From: Candidatus Diapherotrites archaeon CG10_big_fil_rev_8_21_14_0_10_31_34
GTDB taxonomy: Archaea > Iainarchaeota > Iainarchaeia > Iainarchaeales > 1-14-0-10-31-34
Direction: 5' to 3'
NCBI GenBank assembly: GCA_002763225.1
Contig: PFAI01000052.1
Location: 1-11,760, forward strand
DNA: 11,760 nucleotides
Both the position numbers and the translations under genes were made by a program. The notes beneath the pieces are model-generated. The model did not search any database and had not been told where the DNA came from. It was given only the letters and a program-made list of their open reading frames with translations. This document shows, piece by piece, positions 1-7,421 of this stretch (positions are counted from its first letter, which is position 1; each line of letters starts with the position of its first letter).

Positions 1-75
1 TTTTTTAATGTCAGTGAAAGCAAGAGTATTCCATAAATCAAAAAAAACTGCTTTAACTTTTAATTTTTTTGGCAT
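1..75 (-). CDS. HAD-superfamily hydrolase, N-terminal part (runs off the window edge)
   Basis: Manual translation from ATG 75: MPKKLKVKAVFFDLWNTLAFTDIKK. The hydrophobic strand followed by DLWNTL matches HAD motif I. Not in the ORF track. Confidence 0.8.
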   Translation of the reverse strand, partial: MPKKLKVKAVFFDLWNTLAFTDIKK

Positions 76-108
76 TAAAAAAGAGAGAAACAAAAACAAT
101 ATAAGTAG

Positions 109-423
109 TTATTCTTTTAATCTTGCAATTCTTTTATCCAGTTCATTATACAAAACAGTTCTTTTTTCTTTGCTTAAATTAAACAATTTCTTGGTAATAG
201 CTTTTTCGGTTATTGTGAAAATATAATTTGTTTTAATCACACTGTCTTTTATTGCCCCTTCTTTTTTTGCCAAAGGAATTCCCTTCATATCTAAATTGCT
301 GGTAATTCCTGCAACAACAAAATTAGTAAATTCTTTAAATAATACAACTACCGGCCTTTTTTTTGTTTCAAAAGAATCCAAAAACTGAATTTGGGCTAAA
401 ACAACATCCCCAGATTTAAGCAT
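109..423 (-). CDS. mazF: MazF/PemK-family toxin (type II toxin-antitoxin endoribonuclease), 104 aa
   Basis: GDVVLAQIQFLDSFETKKRPVVVL and VVAGITS match the PemK/MazF pattern. Start placed at ATG 423, overlapping the antitoxin stop. Confidence 0.88.
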   Translation of the reverse strand: MLKSGDVVLAQIQFLDSFETKKRPVVVLFKEFTNFVVAGITSNLDMKGIPLAKKEGAIKDSVIKTNYIFTITEKAITKKLFNLSKEKRTVLYNELDKRIARLKE

Positions 424-637
424 GTTCCCATTCCTCATCTTCCTTGTTATCCCATAATTCAGTCATCTTTTCCTGCTGAATTCTATGCAAATACTCATCA
501 TATTGTTTTCTGTGCAAACTATAGGCTTTAAGCAGATTGCTGATTAATTCAGAATACGTCTGTCTTGAATAAGTCTTTGATTTTTTCAGTTTTTTTACGA
601 CATCTTTTTCTAATTGAATTGTAGTAACTTCTGACAT
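416..637 (-). CDS. Putative cognate antitoxin (RHH-like N-terminus, acidic tail), 73 aa
   Basis: MSEVTTIQLEKDVVKKLKKSKTYSRQTYSELISNLL looks like a ribbon-helix-helix. Acidic tail ELWDNKEDEEWEHA, 8-nt overlap with the toxin, SD-like GTGAG at 646-642. Confidence 0.8.
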   Translation of the reverse strand: MSEVTTIQLEKDVVKKLKKSKTYSRQTYSELISNLLKAYSLHRKQYDEYLHRIQQEKMTELWDNKEDEEWEHA

Positions 638-655
638 ATAACTCACTATAGTTAA

Positions 656-678
656 TATATAGCAAACTATATAAAAAA
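656..678 (-). promoter_or_regulatory. TATA box overlapped by a palindromic operator for the toxin-antitoxin operon
   Basis: Perfect inverted repeat TATATAG-CAAA-CTATATA (656-673). Minus-strand TTTATATA at 675-668, 31-38 nt upstream of the antitoxin ATG. Confidence 0.55.
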
Positions 679-693
679 GTTTTGTTTTGTCCA

Positions 694-1791
694 TCAGAAA
701 GGCCTTGAATTTCTTCTTAAAGCCAAAAAAGCATTATCTCTTCCTAGTTTGTCCTGAATTTTATTAAACAATATTTCAATTTCATTTGGTTTTAATCTTG
801 CCCTTAAATCTGCTTCAATTAAAACAGAAGGATAAGCATATTCTTTGTGAAGAGAAGAAAGAGAAAGAATTACAGAAGCAATTTCATTGCAGTAATTTGT
901 TAATTCTTTTCCATTATGCAGAAACTCAATTCTTAATGGTCTGTCCAACAAAGAAGGCTTTAAATAAAATGCCTTGATTTTTGAAGCCCATTTTTCATTA
1001 AAATCATTTAAAATCGGGTGCTCTTTAATTGAAGAAGAATAATTAAAACAAAAACTTCTTTCGTTTTTTGAAAGTAAATAGTCAAGCAAACTTGAATCAA
1101 AAAAAGAATTTAATGCTTCAGACTCAATTAACTTGTTTTTTTCAAGAATTTCTTTTTGAAGAATGCTTCTAAACCTTGATCCGCGAGAATCTTCTACTGT
1201 TGCAATTAAATTACAGGAATTTTCTTCTGCAGTTTGATATAATAATTCAAATAATTTAATTAAATTAGAGTACTCTGAATACAAAGGAGAATTTTTTCCT
1301 GTTTCTGCATACTGAGGGATAATGCTTCCGTCCAAAAAACAATAAGCTGGTTTAAATTCTTTGATTACTTTAATTGAATTAGAAATTTCTTCTTTTAACC
1401 TTAAAAAAGACTGATTTGACTGAAATTCATCATTCTCTAAAGTATTAGAAGAAATAAATGGCTTTGGAAAATCAGTTGGAGAAGGGAAATAATCTGCTTT
1501 AATTAACTTGTTTTTTTTATAAGAAAAAATTGCTGAAACAGTTTTAACTAAAATAATATCAATTGAATGCATTCTTTTGCCGACAAAACCAGAGTCAGTT
1601 CCTGCAATCTTATGGTTTAATTCTGCAGGCAAAATTTCATAAAAAAAGTTTTCTTCAAGCAATTCACTTGAATTAAAATCAGCTAATTTTTGTTTTTTTA
1701 GCTGAAAAAGTTTTTCTGCAGTTGATTTCTTTTTTCCTTCATTTCCTTTAATCCGGATTACTGCATCATTAATCAAAGAATTAACATTCAT
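694..1791 (-). CDS. nurA: NurA-family DNA double-strand break repair nuclease
   Basis: Motifs IAGTDSG, FLDGSI, RPLRIEF and YAYPSVLIEADLRARL. Start ATG 1791 preferred over GTG 1842. Confidence 0.85.
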   Translation of the reverse strand: MNVNSLINDAVIRIKGNEGKKKSTAEKLFQLKKQKLADFNSSELLEENFFYEILPAELNHKIAGTDSGFVGKRMHSIDIILVKTVSAIFSYKKNKLIKADYFPSPTDFPKPFISSNTLENDEFQSNQSFLRLKEEISNSIKVIKEFKPAYCFLDGSIIPQYAETGKNSPLYSEYSNLIKLFELLYQTAEENSCNLIATVEDSRGSRFRSILQKEILEKNKLIESEALNSFFDSSLLDYLLSKNERSFCFNYSSSIKEHPILNDFNEKWASKIKAFYLKPSLLDRPLRIEFLHNGKELTNYCNEIASVILSLSSLHKEYAYPSVLIEADLRARLKPNEIEILFNKIQDKLGRDNAFLALRRNSRPF

Positions 1792-1851
1792 AATAGAATT
1801 TGTTTTTAGGGATTTAAAAAGCTTCTTGAAGTAGGTTTCCACTGAAAAAAA

Positions 1852-1859
1852 TATAAAAA
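1852..1859 (+). promoter_or_regulatory. TATA box for a probable leaderless transcript starting near ATG 1881
   Basis: TATAAAAA 22-29 nt upstream of ATG 1881, with a purine run immediately upstream. Confidence 0.4.
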
Positions 1860-1880
1860 GAAAGGAAAAGAAAAGTTATT

Positions 1881-2612
1881 ATGCCGATAAGATTTTTCAG
1901 AAGTCCTGTCATAAAAGGAGGAAAAAGAAAAACTCTGACTAAAATTGCTAATTCAAAAGCAGTTGGGCAAAAAGATCCAATTAAAATAAGCGTTATGAAC
2001 TTATAGGGCGGGAAAAATTCTCCACTAGCAATTGCAAAAAAACTTAAAATCAATCCACAAAAAGTTTTAGAAATTATTGCAAAAACAAGAACTAACCCGC
2101 AAAGTATGCCAAAAAAAATATTATAATGCTTTCAGGAGTAAACATAGAAGTTCTTCCTTTAGGAAGCATTAAAACAGAAACACAGTTTATTAATGCGCTT
2201 CCCTCTGGAATGGCAGAAACACAAAAAAAAAAGGCTTTATGAAATTTATGAAGAAAGGTTAAAGCATTCTAACAGAAAAAAGCCTGCTGAATTATTAATT
2301 TTTGCAGGATGTTTATTGCACGGAATGAAGACAAAAAGAACTATACTTCCTTTTAGCAAAGTTGAATTAGAATTAAAAAAACTATTTAATCTCAAAATTA
2401 AAACAACAGATGGAAAGTTTATAAAAGATTTAGCTGAAGAACTTAAAATTTTCTCCGAAATAGAAAAAAGAGAAATAGTAGATGCAGTAACTGGTAATAA
2501 AAAAGATTACAATTTAAAAAAAGGAATAAAACTTTGGGAAATAGAAAACAACACTAGAACAATAAACCCTCTAATCAAAGAACTCATGAAGGAAAACAGA
2601 AGAAGAAAGTAA
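1881..2612 (+). pseudogene. Disrupted ~243-aa hypothetical protein with a possible helix-turn-helix
   Basis: Reads MPIRFFRSPVIKGGKRK...SVMNL, TAG at 2004-2006, GGKNSPLAIAKKLKINPQKVLEIIAK...MPKK. A -1 shift at A8 (2111-2118) gives NIIMLSGVNIEVLPLGSIKTETQFINALPSGMAETQKK, and a +1 shift at A10 (2223-2232) joins the listed 2193..2612 ORF. Confidence 0.65.
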
Positions 2613-2640
2613 AAAATATAATAAATTCGGTTAACTAACC

Positions 2641-2655
2641 AGAAAGGTTAATAAA
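2641..2655 (+). promoter_or_regulatory. BRE-TATA-like promoter for the 2691-4561 gene run
   Basis: AGAAAGGTTAATAAA upstream of SD GAGGAG (2677-2682) and ATG 2691. Confidence 0.45.
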
Positions 2656-2690
2656 TTTGTGCGACTTTCTTTGTTTGAGGAGATGCAAAA

Positions 2691-3008
2691 ATGAAAGCAG
2701 TAATTGAAGTAAAAGAGTTAAAACAAGACTGGAGCCCGCCTTTCCAGAAAAAAACAGAATTAAGAGAAATTGAAGCAGAAGAAGGACAAAAATTTGAATC
2801 AAATGGAAACGGAGGAAATGTTTTCAGATTAGTTCAGATAGGAAAAGACAGAGTCTTAGTTGAATATGACATTACTTACACAAATAAAGGCCATGTCCAT
2901 CCAACTAACAGGCAGTTATGGGTTGGAAAAGGAGAATCAGAAAGTTTTTCTGCTTTATGGGGAAGCGACGGAGTAACAAAAACTTTAACTTTAAAAAATT
3001 TAATTTAA
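2691..3008 (+). CDS. Hypothetical protein, 105 aa, beta-rich
   Basis: Clean ORF with SD GAGGAG and host-like codon usage. No family recognised. Confidence 0.75.
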   Translation: MKAVIEVKELKQDWSPPFQKKTELREIEAEEGQKFESNGNGGNVFRLVQIGKDRVLVEYDITYTNKGHVHPTNRQLWVGKGESESFSALWGSDGVTKTLTLKNLI

Positions 3009-3030
3009 AAAAATAGGAGAGGTGAATAAA

Positions 3031-3201
3031 ATGGGATGCGGTTGTGGATGCGAACACGAAGAAGAAACAGAACATACACATAAACACTGTGGAAAACCAA
3101 TGAAATGCAAAGAAGACAAATATATTTGTGTTAAATGCGGTTTTGAAGAAGAATGTGATTGTGGACAAAAAAAAGACGATGCAGAATCACCAGATGACTA
3201 A
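3031..3201 (+). CDS. Small Cys/His-rich putative metal-binding protein, 56 aa
   Basis: Manual translation: MGCGCGCEHEEETEHTHKHCGKPMKCKEDKYICVKCGFEEECDCGQKKDDAESPDD (9 Cys, 4 His). Strong SD GGAGAGGTGA at 3016-3025. Confidence 0.8.
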   Translation: MGCGCGCEHEEETEHTHKHCGKPMKCKEDKYICVKCGFEEECDCGQKKDDAESPDD

Positions 3202-3211
3202 CTGATTCAAA

Positions 3212-3286
3212 ATGGAATTCAAACAAGTAATAATAATCAGAACTGATTTGGGAATGGGACGAGGGAAGATTGCAGCAGATTGTTAA
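3212..3286 (+). pseudogene. pth2: Orphaned 5' stub of peptidyl-tRNA hydrolase 2
   Basis: Translates as [24 protein letters not shown]. It has the canonical Pth2 N-terminal motif and is colinear with the first 22 aa of the gene at 4211. Confidence 0.88.
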
Positions 3287-4276
3287 GTATATTGGACAAA
3301 TATATTTATATGAAAATATATGATTCTAAAGAATATTTAGAAGAACAAATCAAAAATAAATCATATCTACAAATAGCCAAAGAAAACGGCATTAGTAGGT
3401 CTACAATCGGCAGAAAACTAATAAAGTTTAAATTAACAAGCCCTTCTGAATTTTGGAATGAAAAAGAAATACAAATCTTAAAAGAAAATTACTCCAACCT
3501 AGAGGGGGTACATCTTCTTTTTCCTAATCGAACAAAGTCTTCTGTTTATCATTTCGCAAATAGAATCGGGCTTAATAGATCTATAAGAAAAAGATACTAC
3601 GATACAGATGAAAACTTTTTTAAGAAATGGACAAATGAATCAAGTTACGCTTTGGGTTGGATGTTTAGTGATGGAAATGTTGCAAAAGATAGAAGAACAT
3701 TTGGTTTCCATTTACACAAAAAAGATATTAAAATATTAAAAATACTAAAAGAGCTGATGAATAGCAAACATAAAATTTTTTTGTATGGAAATGCAGCTGA
3801 ATTTAGAATACATAGTAAAAAAATGTGCGGGGATTTAATTTCTTTGGGATGTATGCCAAACAAAACTTTTAAAATAAAGTTCCCAAAAAAATTGCCTAAA
3901 AAATATTTAAATCATTTTATTAGAGGTTACTTTGATGGGGACGGCAGCATAAGTTTTAACTATCCTAATGCTATTAAAATAAAAATAGTTGGAAATAAAC
4001 AATTTATCGAAGGATTTAGAAAAAAAGTTGTTGAAATGATTAAAACAAATATGCCAAAAATGAAAAAAATGGGAAAAATCTGGCAAATAGAGTTTTATGG
4101 AGATAACGCCAGAAAGTTTTGTAGTTGGATATATAAAGACTGTGATAACTTGTTTTTAGAGAGGAAATACAAACGTTTTGAAAACCATTTGATAAAAAGA
4201 GGAGAAAAAAATGCTGTATAAACAAGCAATAGTTATTAGGACAGACCTAAGCATGAAACAAGGCAAGAGATGCAGC
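3278..4276 (+). mobile_element. Putative ~999-bp homing cassette: LAGLIDADG gene plus replacement pth2 5' end
   Basis: Removing 3278-4276 restores in-frame [31 protein letters not shown]. The exact boundaries are inferred. Confidence 0.7.
3310..4221 (+). CDS. Free-standing double-motif LAGLIDADG homing endonuclease with N-terminal DNA-binding modules
   Basis: Motifs YALGWMFSDGNV and HFIRGYFDGDGSI. HTH-like SYLQIAKENGISRSTIGRKL and Myb-like WNEKEIQILKENY...PNRT at the N-terminus. Start ATG 3310 (TTG 3280 is an alternative). No intein splicing domain. Confidence 0.9.
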   Translation: MKIYDSKEYLEEQIKNKSYLQIAKENGISRSTIGRKLIKFKLTSPSEFWNEKEIQILKENYSNLEGVHLLFPNRTKSSVYHFANRIGLNRSIRKRYYDTDENFFKKWTNESSYALGWMFSDGNVAKDRRTFGFHLHKKDIKILKILKELMNSKHKIFLYGNAAEFRIHSKKMCGDLISLGCMPNKTFKIKFPKKLPKKYLNHFIRGYFDGDGSISFNYPNAIKIKIVGNKQFIEGFRKKVVEMIKTNMPKMKKMGKIWQIEFYGDNARKFCSWIYKDCDNLFLERKYKRFENHLIKRGEKNAV

Positions 4277-4561
4277 CAAGTTGCACACGCTTCAGTTGAA
4301 GCACTGGAAAAAACCAAAACAAAGTTTCCTGACTGGGTTGAAGAATGGAGAAACACAGGAACACAAAAGGTAGTATTAAAAGTTGGTTCAGAAAAAGAAT
4401 TACTTGAATTATTTGAATCAATAAAAAAAGAAATTCCAACTGCATTAATCAGAGATGCAGGAAAAACTCAAATTCCTTCCGGAAGCAAAACATGCATTGG
4501 CATTGGGCCTGGGCCAGAAAACATAATTAACAAATACACTAAAGAGCTAAAACTACTTTAA
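4211..4561 (+). CDS. pth2: Peptidyl-tRNA hydrolase 2
   Basis: Motifs [33 protein letters not shown] and TCIGIGP. SD-like GAGGAG lies inside the end of the endonuclease gene. Confidence 0.95.
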   Translation: [116 protein letters not shown]

Positions 4562-4815
4562 TTTTTTATGAGGATACCTTTCCCATAAAGGGTTAATAAA
4601 TAAATCAATAAGATCTGGGTTGCCTTGTTTCATATAATCAAAAAATTCTGTTTTAGTTAAAAAAATTTCATGAGCATTTAATTCAGCAGTTCTTTTATAA
4701 GCAATATTTGTTGAGCTGTTTTCAATTTTTGATTCACCAAATCTTTTTCTTAACCTGCTACCATCTTTCCATTTTTTCTAAATTTGTTAACTGCTCCTGA
4801 AAATCTTTTAAACAT
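4553..4815 (-). pseudogene. Frameshifted ~87-aa hypothetical protein
   Basis: ATG 4815 gives MFKRFSGAVNKFRK. A -1 shift at the A6 run (4777-4772) continues KWKDGSRLRKRFGESKIEN...LWERYPHKKLK to TAG at 4555-4553. TATAAA lies 27-32 nt upstream. Confidence 0.5.
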
Positions 4816-4873
4816 GCAAGCTAATTAAGAAAGAAAAAGAATTTATATTGAAAGCAACAATATTCTTGCATGT
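4812..4873. promoter_or_regulatory. Probable bidirectional promoter between divergent genes
   Basis: Central TTTATA (4842-4847), flanked by the 9-bp inverted repeat ACATGCAAG / CTTGCATGT that contains both start codons. Confidence 0.4.
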
Positions 4874-5811
4874 CAATGGATTTTGAATTAATTTTAAAAA
4901 ACGGTTTTGCTTGGAGAAAAGAACAAAGAGTCTGGCTATACATTTTTTTATTGATTGTACTTGGGTTAGGGTTTCTGATTGCAAGCGCATTTTTAGTTGA
5001 AGAAGCAATAAGTGAATTCCTTGCAGCATATATTTCTTCAGGAGATATTGCAACAGCAGTTTTTTCTTTAATTGGAACAATTGTATTAATTATTTTAGCG
5101 TTTATTGGAGTTGCATTTATCCAAAGCTTTATTTACACTTTAATTTTATTGAAAGGAATGAATTTTTATAAAATGAAAACAATTTCTTTTGGCTTGATTG
5201 AATTCATTAAACTATTAGTGTTATACTTTTTTTCTTTTATTGCAGCAACAATTTCTTACTATAACAAAAAATTTTTATTGTTTTTTGTCGGATTAATTGC
5301 AGTATGGCTTTCTGGTTTTGCGGCATTATTTGTTGTTCCTGCATTAGGCGCATTATTGATGATTGTCGGAATTGTTTTATGGATCCCATATTTTTTCATT
5401 ATATTATATAATTCTTTCAGGCTTTCAATGAGCCCGTTTGTTTTTTTAGAACAAGGAAATATTTTTGGTTCATTAAAAAAATCTTATGAAATTACTGCAG
5501 GAAAAGTAATTGAAATTTTTCTTGCAATATTAATTGTAAGCGTAATCATGGGAATAATTGTTTTTATTGCAAACCAATTAGGGCAGGCAATGCTTTATGC
5601 AGTTTTCCCTGAATTAAACGGATTACAGGAAATGGCTTTACAGTCAGAAAGCAACCCATTAATGGTTTTAGGATTAATTAATTCTTTGCTTGAAAACGCA
5701 GCAGAAATGATTATTGTCGGGGGAATACTTTCAACAATAGTTAATGCAATAATGAATGCTTTTTCTGCTTACTCTTATGCAGGCATTTATTTCCAGGTAA
5801 AGAAAAAATAA
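4870..5811 (+). CDS. Polytopic membrane protein (resembles GPDPase membrane-anchor-like families)
   Basis: About 7 hydrophobic segments and the C-terminal pattern PFVFLEQGNIFGSLKKSYEITAGK. Confidence 0.75.
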   Translation: MSMDFELILKNGFAWRKEQRVWLYIFLLIVLGLGFLIASAFLVEEAISEFLAAYISSGDIATAVFSLIGTIVLIILAFIGVAFIQSFIYTLILLKGMNFYKMKTISFGLIEFIKLLVLYFFSFIAATISYYNKKFLLFFVGLIAVWLSGFAALFVVPALGALLMIVGIVLWIPYFFIILYNSFRLSMSPFVFLEQGNIFGSLKKSYEITAGKVIEIFLAILIVSVIMGIIVFIANQLGQAMLYAVFPELNGLQEMALQSESNPLMVLGLINSLLENAAEMIIVGGILSTIVNAIMNAFSAYSYAGIYFQVKKK

Positions 5812-5843
5812 GCATTTAATCATTGCTGAACACTTATTTTCTT

Positions 5844-6596
5844 ATGGTAATGAAAAAAGGTTTTTTTGACAGAGTTTATTCAATAATAGATAATTCAGAT
5901 ATATTAATTGAAGTAATTGATGCAAGGTTTCCGGAAAAAACAAGAAACAAAAACATTGAAGGATTTATTAAAAGACATGAAAAAGAACTGGTTTTAGTTT
6001 TAAATAAATCTGATTTAGTTTCAAAAAGAAACGCAGACAAAACAAAAAAAGAAATCAAAAAAGAATTTCCATGCGTGTTTATTTCTTCAACCCAAAAACA
6101 AGGAATGAAAAGATTAAGGGAAATGATTTTAATTAAAACAAAAAACACTGGAAATGTTGTGGGAGTAATCGGGTACCCTAACACAGGAAAAAGTTCTGTA
6201 ATCAATTCTTTGAGCGGAAAAAAAATCAAAACATCAATTACTGCAGGGTTTACCAGAGGAGAACAAACAGTTAATGCAGGAAAATTCAAGTTAATTGATT
6301 CTCCGGGAATAATTCCATTAGAAGAAAGAGACGAAAATGAATTAGTTTTAATTGGAGTAAAAAATCCATCTAAATTAGATTATCCGGAAGAAGCAGCAGA
6401 AACACTAATTAAATTATTAAAAGAAAAAAACCCTGAAGAACTAAAAAGGCTTGGAGGGAAATCAACGGACCCGGAAAAAATCCTGGAAGAAATTGCATTA
6501 AAAAGAAAAAGATTAATGAAAAAAGGATTACCTGATGTTAATTCTGTTTCAAAACAAATATTATTGGAATTCCAAAAAGGAAAAATCAGGCTTTAA
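5844..6596 (+). CDS. Circularly permuted YlqF/RbgA-family GTPase (ribosome biogenesis)
   Basis: EVIDARFP, then G4 NKSD before G1 GYPNTGKSS, G2 GFTRG and G3 DSPG. Start is ATG 5844 or 5850. Confidence 0.92.
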   Translation: MVMKKGFFDRVYSIIDNSDILIEVIDARFPEKTRNKNIEGFIKRHEKELVLVLNKSDLVSKRNADKTKKEIKKEFPCVFISSTQKQGMKRLREMILIKTKNTGNVVGVIGYPNTGKSSVINSLSGKKIKTSITAGFTRGEQTVNAGKFKLIDSPGIIPLEERDENELVLIGVKNPSKLDYPEEAAETLIKLLKEKNPEELKRLGGKSTDPEKILEEIALKRKRLMKKGLPDVNSVSKQILLEFQKGKIRL

Positions 6597-6672
6597 GTTC
6601 ATAAAAAAACAAAAAAAACTTTTTTAAAGTGGTTTACTCTTAATTTAATTCAATTTAATTGGAGGTAATTAA

Positions 6673-7344
6673 ATGAATAAAGCGATTTTATCAATTGTTT
6701 TTGTACTGCTTTTACTTTCTTTTGGATGCACAGGAATAACTGACGGAAAAAAAGACACTGACAACAAAAAAGCCGGCGAAACAATTCAGGAAATTCTGGC
6801 AAAAGGAAAAAGCATTGACAACATAGAATATGAAATGACAATAACCAAACCATTTGCTGTTACAGCAAAAATGTATCAAAAAGGAATTAAATACAGAGGA
6901 GAAGCAAGCATTTTAGGCCAGACTTCAATCATAATTTTTGACGGAACAAATGCATACACTTATGACTCAACAGCAGACGTTTATTATAAAAGCCCTGACA
7001 CAGGAACTGACAGCGGAGGATTTGATTTCAAAGATTTTTCTGCCCAAGCATTAGCTGACACACAAATGAATGAATTAGGCGAAGAAACAATTAATGGAAT
7101 AAACACAAAAGTAATTGAATTCAGCTACACTGGAAACGGAGCAGATGCAAGCCTTAAAACAAAAGTATGGATTTCAATTCAATACGGCATTCCGGTAAAA
7201 TTCCAATTTGAATCAAAACTAGGAGAAGTTGAAATGGAATTCAAAAACATTAAAATCGGTTCAGTTCAGGATTCAATGTTTGAAGTACCAGAAGACAAAG
7301 TTAAAGACATGGATAGCCTTATACAAGAAATTCCTGTTGAATAA
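6673..7344 (+). CDS. Secreted lipoprotein, possibly LolA/DUF4412-like fold
   Basis: Signal peptide with lipobox-like LLLSFGC, SD GGAGGT at 6661, and motifs GEETING, KVWIS..YGIPVK and DSMFEVP. Confidence 0.75.
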   Translation: MNKAILSIVFVLLLLSFGCTGITDGKKDTDNKKAGETIQEILAKGKSIDNIEYEMTITKPFAVTAKMYQKGIKYRGEASILGQTSIIIFDGTNAYTYDSTADVYYKSPDTGTDSGGFDFKDFSAQALADTQMNELGEETINGINTKVIEFSYTGNGADASLKTKVWISIQYGIPVKFQFESKLGEVEMEFKNIKIGSVQDSMFEVPEDKVKDMDSLIQEIPVE

Positions 7345-7346
7345 AC

Positions 7347-7373
7347 TTTTTCTTCTCTTTTTTTTATTTTTTT
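7347..7373 (+). terminator. Oligo-T archaeal terminator
   Basis: T-rich tract directly after the lipoprotein stop codon. Confidence 0.5.
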
Positions 7374-7421
7374 AATTAACAATATTTATTAATATAAACA
7401 ACGTTATTATTCGTGATATAA

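Noticed and set aside
1814..2053. Listed hydrophobic minus-strand ORF as a membrane protein
   Set aside because: It is the antisense shadow of the Lys-rich plus-strand disrupted gene at 1881-2612, which has a TATA box and host-like codons.
3278..4276. Insertion as a spliced intron (bulge-helix-bulge or group I) or an intein in pth2
   Set aside because: I could not build a canonical bulge-helix-bulge at the junctions, and there is no non-coding room for a ribozyme core. The endonuclease is out of frame with the stub and has no splicing domain. The downstream pth2 is complete with its own SD.
4253..4633. 14-bp inverted repeat ATGAAACAAGGCAA (4253-4266 / 4620-4633) as element ends
   Set aside because: Both copies lie inside reading frames, there is no target duplication or transposase, and such a match is plausible by chance in AT-rich DNA.
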